Source: Azolla caroliniana (lineage: Eukaryota; Plantae; Polypodiophyta). Taken from it: 64,000 nucleotides of DNA. Numbering within the stretch: position 1 is the first letter of the stretch; each line of letters starts with the position of its first letter. The position numbers and the translations under genes were made by a program. Below are positions 26,301 to 39,622 of this stretch, piece after piece. Location of the stretch: assembly GCA_043228905.1 (NCBI GenBank), contig JBHGNT010000037.1:1-64000 (forward strand), written 5' to 3'. Below the pieces are notes generated by a model. That model was given only the letters and a program-made list of their open reading frames with translations, was not told the origin of the DNA and did no database searches.

Positions 26301-28654
26301 AATTAAAATGGTCATACCTGGCTTGTGTGATATCGGATTTCTGTGTTCAAACATGCAAATCGAAGCTAACAAGGCTAGCTCTGATATAGAATTAAAAAAT
26401 CGAGATTTTGAAACTCAGGTCGAGAGACATGAGGAAATTAGCATATTTGAGGAGGGAGTTGAGAAGAGCGTGTGAGTAAATTAAAATGGTCATACCTGGC
26501 TCGTGTGATATCGGATTTCTGTGTTCAAACATGCGAATCGAAACTAACAAGGCTAGCTATGATATAGAATTAAAAAATCGAGATTTTGAAAATCAGGTCG
26601 AGAGACATGAGGAAATTAGCATATTTGAGGAGGGAGTTGAGAAGAGTCAGTGAGTAAATTAAAATGGTCATACCTGGCTCGTGTGATATCGGATTTCTGT
26701 GTTCAAACATGCAAATCGAAGCTAACAAGGCTAGCTATGATATAGAATTAAAAAATCGTGATTTTGAAACTCAGGTCGAGAGACATGAGGAAATTAGCAT
26801 ATTTGAGGAGGGAGTTGAGAAGAGCGTTTGTGTAAATTAAAATGGTCATACCTGGCTCGTGTGATATCGGATTTCTGTGTTCAAACATGCGAATCGAAAC
26901 TAACAAGGCTAGCTATGATATAGAATTAAAAAACCGAGATTTTGAAACTTAGGTCAAGAGACATGAAGAAATTAGCATATTTGAGGAGGGAGTTGAGAAG
27001 AGCGTGTGAGTAAATTAAAATGGTCATACCTGGCTCGTGTGATATCGGATTTCTGTGTTCAAACATGCAAATCGAAGCTAACAAGGCTAGCTATGATATA
27101 GAATTAAAAAATCGAGATTTTGAAACTCAGGTCAAGAGACATGAAGAAATTAGCATACTTGAGGAGGGAGTTGAGAAGAGCGTGTGTGTAAATTAAAATG
27201 GTCATACCTGGCTCGTGTGATATCGGATTTCTGTGTTCAAACATGCGAATCGAAGCTAACAAGGCTAGCTATGATATAGAATTAAAAAATCGAGATTTTG
27301 AAACTCAGGTCGAGAGACATGAAGAATTTAGCATATTTGAGGAGGGAGTTGAGAAGAGCGTGTGAGTAAATTAAAATGGTCATACCTGGCTCGTGTGATA
27401 TCGGATTTCTGTGTTCAAACATGCAAATCGAAGCTAACAAGGCTAGCTATGATATAGAATTAAAAAATCGAGATTTTGAAACTCAGGTCGAGAGACATGA
27501 AGAAATTAGCATACTTGAGGAGGGAGTTGAGAAGAGCGTGTGTGTAAATTAAAATGGTCATACCTGGCTCGTGTGATATCGGATTTCTGTGTTCAAACAT
27601 GCGAATCGAAGCTAACAAGGCTAGCTATGATATAGAATTAAAAAATCGAGATTTTGAAACTCAGGTCGAGAGACATGAAGAAATTAGCATATTTGAGGAG
27701 GGAGTTGAGAAGAGCGTGTGAGTAAATTAAAATGGTCATACCTGGCTCGTGTGATATCGGATTTTTGTGTTCAAACATGCGAATCGAAACTAAGAAGGCT
27801 AGCTATGATATAGACTTAAAAAATCGTGATTTCGAAACTGACGTCGAAAGACATGAGGAAATTAGCATGCTGGAGGAGGGAGTTGAGAAGAGCGAGTGAG
27901 TAAATTAAAATGGTCATACCTGGCTCGTGTGATATCGGATTTCTGTGTTCAAACATGCGAATCGAAGCTAAAAAGGCTAGCTATGATATAGAATTAAAAA
28001 ATCGAGATTTTGAAACTCAGGTCGAGAGACATGAAGAAATTAGCATATTTGAGGAGGGAGTTGAGAAGAGCGAGTGAGTAAATTAAAATGGTCATACCTG
28101 GCTCGTGTGATATCGGATTTCTGTGTTCAAACATGCAAATCGAAGCTAACAAGGCTAGCTATGATATAGAATTAAAAAATCGAGATTTTGAAACTCAGGT
28201 CGAGAGACATGAAGAAATTAGCATATTTGAGGAGGGAGTTGAGAAGAGCGTTTGTGTAAATTAAAATGGTCATACCTGGCTCGTGTGATATCGGATTTCT
28301 GTGTTCAAACATGCGAATCGAAGCTAACAAGGCTAGCTATGATATAGAATTAAAAAATCGAGATTTTGAAACTCAGGTCGAGAGACATGAAGAAATTAGC
28401 ATATTTGAGGAGGGAGTTGAGAAGAGCGTGTGAGTAAATTAAAATGGTCATACCTGGCTCGTGTGATATCGGATTTCTGTGTTCAAACATGCGAATCGAA
28501 ACTAACAAGGCTAGCTATGATATAGACTTAAAAAATCGTGATTTCGAAACTGACGTCGAAAGACATGAGGAAATTAGCATGCTGGAGGAGGGAGTTGAGA
28601 AGAGCGAGTGAGTAAATTAAAATGGTCATACCTGGCTCGTGTGATATCGGATTT
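23316..28654 (+). repeat. Tandem 15-monomer higher-order duplication (2 x 2670 bp)
   Basis: GCTTGTG at 23651/26321, GAAGAATTTA at 24651/27321 and TAAGAAGG at 25121/27791 are all offset by 2670 = 15x178. Confidence 0.92.
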
Positions 28655-30319
28655 CTGTGTTCAAACATGCAAATCGAAGCTAACAAGGCTAGCTATGATA
28701 TAGAATTAAAAAATCGAGATTTTGAAACTTAGGTGAGAGACATGAGGAAATTAGCATATTTGATGAGGGAGTTGAGAAGAGCGAGTGAGTAAATTAAAAT
28801 GGTCATACCTGGCTCGTGTGATATCGGATTTCTGTGTTCAAACATGCAAATCGAAGCTAACAAGGCTAGCTATGATATAGAATTAAAAAATCGAGATTTT
28901 GAAACTCAGGTCGAGAGACATGAAGAAATTAGCATATTTGAGGAGGGAGTTGAGAAGAGCGAGTGAGTAAATTAAAATGGTCATACCTGGCTCGTGTGAT
29001 ATCGGATTTCTGTGTTCAAACATGCGAATCGAAACTAACAAGGCTAGCTATGATATAGACTTAAAAAATCGTGATTTCGAAACTGACGTCGAAAGACATG
29101 AGGAAATTAGCATGCTGGAGGAGGGAGTTGAGAAGAGCCAGTGAGTAAATTAAAATGGTCATACCTGGCTCGTGTGATATCGGATTTCTGTGTTCAAACA
29201 TGCAAATCGAAGCTAACAAGGCTAGCTATGATATAGAATTAAAAAATCGTGATTTTGAAACTCAGGTCGAGAGACATGAGGAAATTAGCATATTTGAGGA
29301 GGGAGTTGAGAAGAGCGTTTGTGTAAATTAAAATGGTCATACCTGGCTCGTGTGATATCGGATTTCTGTGTTCAAACATGCGAATCGAAACTAACAAGGC
29401 TAGCTATGATATAGAATTAAAAAACCGAGATTTTGAAACTCAGGTCAAGAGACATGAAGAAATTAGCATATTTGAGGAGGGAGTTGAGAAGAGCGTGTGA
29501 GTAAATTAAAATGGTCATACCTGGCTCGTGTGATATCGGATTTCTGTGTTCAAACATGCAAATCGAAGCTAACAAGGCTAGCTATGATATAGAATTAAAA
29601 AATCGAGATTTTGAAACTCAGGTCGAGAGACATGAAGAAATTAGCATACTTGAGGAGGGAGTTGAGAAGAGCGTGTGTGTAAATTAAAATGGTCATACCT
29701 GGCTCGTGTGATATCGGATTTCTGTGTTCAAACATGCGAATCGAAGCTAACAAGGCTAGCTATGATATAGAATTAAAAAATCGAGATTTTGAAACTCAGG
29801 TCGAGAGACATGAAGAAATTAGCATATTTGAGGAGGGAGTTGAGAAGAGCGTGTGAGTAAATTAAAATGGTCATACCTGGCTCGTGTGATATCGGATTTT
29901 TGTGTTCAAACATGCGAATCGAAACTAACAAGGCTAGCTATGATATAGACTTAAAAAATCGTGATTTCGAAACTGACGTCGAAAGACATGAGGAAATTAG
30001 CATGCTGGAGGAGGGAGTTGAGAAGAGCGAGTGAGTAAATTAAAATGGTCATACCTGGCTCGTGTGATATCGGATTTCTGTGTTCAAACATGCGAATCGA
30101 AGCTAAAAAGGCTAGCTATGATATAGAATTAAAAAATCGAGATTTTGAAACTCAGGTCGAGAGACATGAAGAAATTAGCATATTTGAGGAGGGAGTTGAG
30201 AAGAGCGAGTGAGTAAATTAAAATGGTCATACCTGGCTCGTGTGATATCGGATTTCTGTGTTCAAACATGCAAATCGAAGCTAACAAGGCTAGCTATGAT
30301 ATAGAATTAAAAAATTGAG

Positions 30320-32830
30320 ATTTTGAAACTCAGGTCGAGAGACATGAGGAAATTAGCATATTTGAGGAGGGAGTTGAGAAGAGTCAGTGAGTAAATTAAA
30401 ATGGTCATACCTGGCTCGTGTGATATCGGATTTCTGTGTTCAAACATGCAAATCGAAGCTAACAAGGCTAGCTCTGATATAGAATTAAAAAATCGAGATT
30501 TTGAAACTCAGGTCGAGAGACATGAGGAAATTAGCATATTTGAGGAGGGAGTTGAGAAGAGCGTGTGAGTAAATTAAAATGGTCATACCTGGCTCGTGTG
30601 ATATCGGATTTCTGTGTTCAAACATGCGAATCGAAACTAACAAGGCTAGCTATGATATAGAATTAAAAAATCGAGATTTTGAAAATCAGGTCGAGAGACA
30701 TGAGGAAATTAGCATATTTGAGGAGGGAGTTAAGAAGAGCCAGTGAGTAAATTAAAATGGTCATACCTGGCTCGTGTGATATCGGATTTCTGTGTTCAAA
30801 CATGCAAATCGAAGCTAACAAGGCTAGCTATGATATAGAATTAAAAAATCGAGATTTTGAAACTCAGGTCGAGAGACATGAAGAAATTAGCATATTTGAG
30901 GAGGGAGTTGAGAAGAGCGAGTGAGTAAATTAAAATGGTCATACCTGGCTCGTGTGATATCGGATTTCTGTGTTCAAACATGCGAATCGAAACTAACAAG
31001 GCTAGCTATGATATAGAATTAAAAAATCGAGATTTTGAAACTCAGGTCGAGAGACATGAGGAAATTAGCATATTTGAGGAGGGAGTTGAGAAGAGTCAGT
31101 GAGTAAATTAAAATGGTCATACCTGGCTCGTGTGATATCGGATTTCTGTGTTCAAACATGCGAATCGAAACTAACAAGGCTAGCTATGATATAGACTTAA
31201 AAAATCGTGATTTCGAAACTCAGGTCGAGAGACATGAGGAAATTAGCATATTTGAGGAGGGAGTTGAGAAGAGCGTGTGAGTAAATTAAAATGGTCATAC
31301 CTGGCTCGTGTGATATCGGATTTCTGTGTTCAAACATGCGAATCGAAACTAACAAGGCTAGCTATGATATAGAATTAAAAAATCGAGATTTTGAAACTCA
31401 GGTGAGAGACATGAGGAAATTAGCATATTTGATGAGGGAGTTGAGAAGAGCCAGTGAGTAAATTAAAATGGTCATACCTGGCTCGTGTGATATCGGATTT
31501 CTGTGTTCAAACATGCAAATCGAAGCTAACAAGGCTAGCTATGATATAGAATTAAAAAATCGAGATTTTGAAACTCAGGTCGAGAGACATGAGGAAATTA
31601 GCATATTTGAGGAGGGAGTTGAGAAGAGTCAGTGAGTAAATTAAAATGGTCATACCTGGCTCGTGTGATATCGGATTTCTGTGTTCAAACATGCAAATCG
31701 AAGCTAACAAGGCTAGCTCTGATATAGAATTAAAAAATCGAGATTTTGAAACTCAGGTCGAGAGACATGAGGAAATTAGCATATTTGAGGAGGGAGTTGA
31801 GAAGAGCGTGTGAGTAAATTAAAATGGTCATACCTGGCTCGTGTGATATCGGATTTCTGTGTTCAAACATGCGAATCGAAACTAACAAGGCTAGCTATGA
31901 TATAGAATTAAAAAATCGAGATTTTGAAAATCAGGTCGAGAGACATGAGGAAATTAGCATATTTGAGGAGGGAGTTAAGAAGAGCCAGTGAGTAAATTAA
32001 AATGGTCATACCTGGCTCGTGTGATATCGGATTTCTGTGTTCAAACATGCAAATCGAAGCTAACAAGGCTAGCTATGATATAGAATTAAAAAATCGAGAT
32101 TTTGAAACTCAGGTCGAGAGACATGAAGAAATTAGCATATTTGAGGAGGGAGTTGAGAAGAGCGAGTGAGTAAATTAAAATGGTCATACCTGGCTCGTGT
32201 GATATCGGATTTCTGTGTTCAAACATGCGAATCGAAACTAACAAGGCTAGCTATGATATAGAATTAAAAAATCGAGATTTTGAAACTCAGGTCGAGAGAC
32301 ATGAGGAAATTAGCATATTTGAGGAGGGAGTTGAGAAGAGTCAGTGAGTAAATTAAAATGGTCATACCTGGCTCGTGTGATATCGGATTTCTGTGTTCAA
32401 ACATGCGAATCGAAACTAACAAGGCTAGCTATGATATAGACTTAAAAAATCGTGATTTCGAAACTCAGGTCGAGAGACATGAGGAAATTAGCATATTTGA
32501 GGAGGGAGTTGAGAAGAGCGTGTGAGTAAATTAAAATGGTCATACCTGGCTCGTGTGATATCGGATTTCTGTGTTCAAACATGCGAATCGAAACTAACAA
32601 GGCTAGCTATGATATAGAATTAAAAAATCGAGATTTTGAAACTCAGGTGAGAGACATGAGGAAATTAGCATATTTGATGAGGGAGTTGAGAAGAGCCAGT
32701 GAGTAAATTAAAATGGTCATACCTGGCTCGTGTGATATCGGATTTCTGTGTTCAAACATGCAAATCGAAGCTAACAAGGCTAGCTATGATATAGAATTAA
32801 AAAATCGAGATTTTGAAACTCAGGTCGAGA
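30320..32830 (+). repeat. Tandem 7-monomer higher-order duplication (2 x 1245 bp)
   Basis: GAGTTAAGA at 30731/31976 and the 177-bp monomer at 31401/32646 are offset by 1245 = 7x178-1. Confidence 0.9.
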
Positions 32831-35800
32831 GACATGAAGAAATTAGCATATTTGAGGAGGGAGTTGAGAAGAGCGTGTGAGTAAATTAAAATGGTCATAC
32901 CTGGCTCGTGTGATATCGGATTTCTGTGTTCAAACATGCGAATCGAAGCTAACAAGGCTAGCTATGACATAGAATTAAAAAATCGAGATTTTGAAACTCA
33001 GGTCGAGAGACATGAAGAAATTAGCATATTTGAGGAGGGAGTTGAGAAGAGCGTGTGAGTAAATTAAAATGGTCATACCTGGCTCGTGTGATATCGGATT
33101 TCTGTGTTCAAACATGCGAATCGAAACTAAGAAGGCTAGCTATGATATAGACTTAAAAAATCGTGATTTCGAAACTGACGTCGAAAGACATGAGGAAATT
33201 AGCATGCTGGAGGAGGGAGTTGAGAAGAGCGAGTGAGTAAATTAAAATGGTCATACCTGGCTCGTGTGATATCGGATTTCTGTGTTCAAACATGCGAATC
33301 GAAACTAACAAGGCTAGCTATGATATAGAATTAAAAAATCGTGATTTTGAAACTCAGGTCGAGAGACATGAGGAAATTAGCATATTTGAGGAGGGAGTTG
33401 AGAAGAGCCAGTGAGTAAATTAAAATGGTCATACCTGGCTCGTGTGATATCGGATTTCTGTGTTCAAACATGCGAATCGAAGCTAACAAGGCTAGCTATG
33501 ATATAGAATTAAAAAATCGAGATTTTGAAACTCAGGTCGAGAGACATGAAGAAATTAGCATATTTGAGGAGGGAGTTGAGAAGAGCGTGTGTGTAAATTA
33601 AAATGGTCATACCTGGCTCGTGTGATATCGGATTTCTGTGTTCAAACATGCGAATCGAAGCTAACAAGGCTAGCTATGATATAGAATTAAAAAATCGAGA
33701 TTTTGAAACTCAGGTCGAGAGACATGAAGAAATTAGCATATTTGAGGAGGGAGTTGAGAAGAGCGTGTGAGTAAATTAAAATGGTCATACCTGGCTCGTG
33801 TGATATCGGATTTCTGTGTTCAAACATGCGAATCGAAACTAACAAGGCTAGCTATGATATAGACTTAAAAAATCGTGATTTCGAAACTGACGTCGAAAGA
33901 CATGAGGAAATTAGCATGCTGGAGGAGGGAGTTGAGAAGAGCGAGTGAGTAAATTAAAATGGTCATACCTGGCTCGTGTGATATCGGATTTCTGTGTTCA
34001 AACATGCAAATCGAAGCTAACAAGGCTAGCTATGATATAGAATTAAAAAATCGAGATTTTGAAACTTAGGTGAGAGACATGAGGAAATTAGCATATTTGA
34101 TGAGGGAGTTGAGAAGAGCGAGTGAGTAAATTAAAATGGTCATACCTGGCTCGTGTGATATCGGATTTCTGTGTTCAAACATGCAAATCGAAGCTAACAA
34201 GGCTAGCTATGATATAGAATTAAAAAATCGAGATTTTGAAACTCAGGTCGAGAGACATGAAGAAATTAGCATATTTGAGGAGGGAGTTGAGAAGAGCGAG
34301 TGAGTAAATTAAAATGGTCATACCTGGCTCGTGTGATATCGGATTTCTGTGTTCAAACATGCAAATCGAAGCTAACACGGATAGCTATGATATAGAATTA
34401 AAAAATCGAGATTTTGAAACTCAGGTCGAGAGACATGAAGAAATTAGCATATTTGAGGAGGGAGTTGAGAAGAGCGAGTGAGTAAATTAAAATGGTCATA
34501 CCTGGCTCGTGTGATATCGGATTTCTGTGTTCAAACATGCGAATCGAAACTAACAAGGCTAGCTATGATATAGAATTAAAAAATCGAGATTTCGAAACTC
34601 AGGTGAGAGACATGAGGAAATTAGCATATTTGAGGAGGGAGTTGAGAAGAGCCAGTGAGTAAATTAAATTGGTCATACCTGGCTCGTGTGATATCGGATT
34701 TCTGTGTTCAAACATGCAAATCGAAGCTAACACGGATAGCTATGATATAGAATTAAAAAATCGAGATTTTGAAACTCAGGTCGAGAGACATGAAGAAATT
34801 AGCATATTTGAGGAGGGAGTTGAGAAGAGCGAGTGAGTAAATTAAAATGGTCATACCTGGCTCGTGTGATATCGGATTTCTGTGTTCAAACATGCGAATC
34901 GAAACTAACAAGGCTAGCTATGATATAGAATTAAAAAATCGAGATTTTGAAACTCAGGTCGAGAGACATGAGGAAATTAGCATATTTGAGGAGGGAGTTG
35001 AGAAGAGTCAGTGAGTAAATTAAAATGGTCATACCTGGCTCGTGTGATATCGGATTTCTGTGTTCAAACATGCGAATCGAAACTAACAAGGCTAGCTATG
35101 ATATAGACTTAAAAAATCGTGATTTCGAAACTGACGTCGAAAGACATGAGGAAATTAGCATATTTGAGGAGGGAGTTGAGAAGAGCGAGTGAGTAAATTA
35201 AAATGGTCATACCTGGCTCGTGTGATATCGGATTTCTGTGTTCAAACATGCAAATCGAAGCTAACAAGGCTAGCTATGATATAGAATTAAAAAATCGAGA
35301 TTTTGAAACTCAGGTCGAGAGACATGAAGAAATTAGCATATTTGAGGAGGGAGTTGAGAAGAGCGTGTGTGTAAATTAAAATGGTCATACCTGGCTCGTG
35401 TGATATCGGATTTCTGTGTTCAAACATGCGAATCGAAGCTAACAAGGCTAGCTATGATATAGAATTAAAAAATCGAGATTTTGAAACTCACGTCGAAAGA
35501 CATGAAGAAATTAGCATATTTGAGGAGGGAGTTGAGAAGAGCGTGTGAGTAAATTAAAATGGTCATACCTGGCTCGTGTGATATCGGATTTCTGTGTTAA
35601 AACATGCGAATCGAAACTAACAAGGCTAGCTATGATATAGACTTAAAAAATCGTGATTTCGAAACTGACGTCGAAAGACATGAGGAAATTAGCATGCTGG
35701 AGCAGGGAGTTGAGAAGAGCGAGTGAGTAAATTAAAATGGTCATACCTGGCTCGTGTGATATCGGATTTCTGTGTTCAAACATGCGAATCGAAACTAACA

Positions 35801-36424
35801 AGGCTAGCTATGATATAGAATTAAAAAATCGAGATTTCGAAACTCAGGTGAGAGACATGAGGAAATTAGCATATTTGAGGAGGGAGTTGAGAAGAGCCAG
35901 TGAGTAAATTAAATTGGTCATACCTGGCTCGTGTGATATCGGATTTCTGTGTTCAAACATGCAAATCGAAGCTAACACGGATAGCTATGATATAGAATTA
36001 AAAAATCGAGATTTTGAAACTCAGGTCGAGAGACATGAAGAAATTAGCATATTTGAGGAGGGAGTTGAGAAGAGCGAGTGAGTAAATTAAAATGGTCATA
36101 CCTGGCTCGTGTGATATCGGATTTCTGTGTTCAAACATGCGAATCGAAACTAACAAGGCTAGCTATGATATAGAATTAAAAAATCGAGATTTTGAAACTC
36201 AGGTCGAGAGACATGAGGAAATTAGCATATTTGAGGAGGGAGTTGAGAAGAGTCAGTGAGTAAATTAAAATGGTCATACCTGGCTCGTGTGATATCGGAT
36301 TTCTGTGTTCAAACATGCGAATCGAAACTAACAAGGCTAGCTATGATATAGAATTAAAAAATCGAGATTTTGAAACTCAGGTCGAGAGACATGAGGAAAT
36401 TAGCATATTTGAGGAGGGCGTTGA

Positions 36425-38255
36425 GAAGAGTCAGTGAGTAAATTAAAATGGTCATACCTGGCTCGTGTGATATCGGATTTCTTTGTTCAAACATGCAAAT
36501 CGAAGCTAACAAGGCTAGCTATGATATAGAATTAAAAAATCGAGATTTTGAAACTCAGGTCGAGAGACATGAAGAAATTAGCATATTTGAGGAGGGAGTT
36601 GAGAAGAGCGTGTGTGTAAATTAAAATGGTCATACCTGGCTCGTGTGATATCGGATTTCTGTGTTCAAACATGCGAATCGAAGCTAACAAGGCTAGCTAT
36701 GATATAGAATTAAAAAATCGAGATTCTGAAACTCACGTCGAAAGACATGAGGAAATTAGAATATTTGAGGAGGGAGTTGAGAAGAGCTAGTGCGTAAATT
36801 AAAATGTTCATACCTGGCTCGTGTGATATCGAATTTTTGTGTTCAAACATGCGAATCGAAGCTAACAACGCTAGCTATCATATAGAATTAAAAAATCGAA
36901 ATTTTGAAACTCAGGTCGAGAGACATGAGGAAATTAGCATATTTCAAGAAGGAGTTGAGAAGAGCCAGTCAGTAAATTAAAATGTTCAGACCTGGCTCGT
37001 GTGATATCGGATTTCTGTGTTCAAACATGCAAATCGAAGCTAACACGGCTAGCTATGATATAGAATTAAAAAATCGAGATTTTGAAACTCAGGTCGAGAG
37101 ACATGAAGAAATTAGCATATTTGAGGAGGGAGTTGAGAAGAGCGAGTGAGTAAATTAAAATGGTCATACCTGGCTCGTGTGATATCGGATTTCTGTGTTC
37201 AAACATGCGAATCGAAACTAACAAGGCTAGCTATGATATAGAATTAAAAAATCGAGATTTTGAAACTCAGGTCGAGAGACATGAGGAAATTAGCATATTT
37301 GAGGAGGGAGTTGAGAAGAGTCAGTGAGTAAATTAAAATGGTCATACCTGGCTCGTGTGATATCGGATTTCTTTGTTCAAACATGCAAATCGAAGCTAGC
37401 AAGGCTAGCTATGATATAGAATTAAAAAATCGAGATTTTGAAACTCAGGTCGAGAGACATGAAGAAATTAGCATATTTGAGGAGGGAGTTGAGAAGAGCG
37501 TGTGTGTAAATTAAAATGGTCATACCTGGCTCGTGTGATATCGGATTTCTGTGTTCAAACATGCGAATCGAAGCTAACAAGGCTAGCTATGATATAGAAT
37601 TAAAAAATCGAGATTCTGAAACTCACGTCGAAAGACATGAGGAAATTAGAATATTTGAGGAGGGAGTTGAGAAGAGCTAGTGCGTAAATTAAAATGTTCA
37701 TACCTGGCTCGTGTGATATCGAATTTTTGTGTTCAAACATGCGAATCGAAGCTAACAACGCTAGCTATCATATAGAATTAAAAAATCGAAATTTTGAAAC
37801 TCAGGTCGAGAGACATGAGGAAATTAGCATATTTCAAGAAGGAGTTGAGAAGAGCCAGTCAGTAAATTAAAATGTTCAGACCTGGCTCGTGTGATATCGG
37901 ATTTCTGTGTTCAAACATGCAAATCGAAGCTAACACGGCTAGCTATGATATAGAATTAAAAAATCGAGATTTTGAAACTCAGGTCGAGAGACATGAAGAA
38001 ATTAGCATATTTGAGGAGGGAGTTGAGAAGAGCGAGTGAGTAAATTAAAATGGTCATACCTGGCTCGTGTGATATCGGATTTCTGTGTTCAAACATGCGA
38101 ATCGAAACTAACAAGGCTAGCTATGATATAGAATTAAAAAATCGAGATTTTAAAACTCAGGTCGAGAGACATGAGGAAATTAGCATATTTGAGGAGGGAG
38201 TTGAGAAGAGTCAGTGAGTAAATTAAAATGGTCATACCTGGCTCGTGTGATATCG
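36425..38255 (+). repeat. Tandem 5-monomer higher-order duplication (2 x 890 bp) containing the first type-B monomers
   Basis: CTTTGTTC at 36481/37371, AGATTCTG at 36721/37611 and TGCGTAAA at 36791/37681 are offset by 890 = 5x178. Confidence 0.9.
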
Positions 38256-39622
38256 GATTTCTGTGTTCAAACATGCGAATCGAAACTAACAAGGCTAGCT
38301 ATGATATAGACTTAAAAAATCGTGATTTCGAAACTGACGTCGAAAGACATGAGGAAATTAGCATATTTGAGGAGGGAGTTGAGAAGAGCGAGTGAGTAAA
38401 TTAAAATGGTCATACCTGGCTCGTGTGATATCGGATTTCTGTGTTCAAACATGCAAATCGAAGCTAACAAGGCTAGCTATGATATAGAATTAAAAAATCG
38501 AGATTTTGAAACTCAGGTCGAGAGACATGAAGAAATTAGCATATTTGAGGAGGGAGTTGAGAAGAGCGTGTGTGTAAATTAAAATGGTCATACCTGGCTC
38601 GTGTGATATCGGATTTCTGTGTTCAAACATGCGAATCGAAGCTAACAAGGCTAGCTATGATATAGAATTAAAAAATCGAGATTTTGAAACTTAGGTCGAG
38701 AGACATGAAGAAATTAGCATATTTGAGGAGGGAGTTGAGAAGAGCGTGTGAGTAAATTAAAATGGTCATGCCTGGCTCGTGTGATATCGGATTTCTGTGT
38801 TTAAACATGCGAATCGAAACTAACAAGGCTAGCTATGATATAGACTTAAAAAATCGTGATTTCGAAACTGACGTCGAAAGACATGAGGAAATTAGCATGC
38901 TGGAGGAGGGAGTTGAGAAGAGCGAGTGAGTAAATTAAAATGGTCATACCTGGCTCGTGTGATATCGGATTTCTGTGTTCAAACATGCGAATCGAAACTA
39001 ACAAGGCTAGCTATGATATAGAATTAAAAAATCGAGATTTCGAAACTCAGGTGAGAGACATGAGGAAATTAGCATATTTGAGGAGGGAGTTGAGAAGAGC
39101 CAGTGAGTAAATTAAATTGGTCATACCTGGCTCGTGTGATATCGGATTTCTGTGTTCAAACATGCAAATCGAAGCTAACACGGATAGCTATGATATAGAA
39201 TTAAAAAATCGAGATTTTGAAACTCAGGTCGAGAGACATGAAGAAATTAGCATATTTGAGGAGGGAGTTGAGAAGAGCGAGTGAGTAAATTAAAATGGTC
39301 ATACCTGGCTCGTGTGATATCGGATTTCTGTGTTCAAACATGCGAATCGAAACTAACAAGGCTAGCTATGATATAGAATTAAAAAATCGAGATTTTGAAA
39401 CTCAGGTCGAGAGACATGAGGAAATTAGCATATTTGAGGAGGGAGTTGAGAAGAGTCAGTGAGTAAATTAAAATGGTCATACCTGGCTCGTGTGATATCG
39501 GATTTCTGTGTTCAAACATGCGAATCGAAACAAACAAGGCTAGCTATGATATAGACTTAAAAAATCGTGATTTCGAAACTGACGTCGAAAGACATGAGGA
39601 AATTAGCATATTTGAGGAGGGC

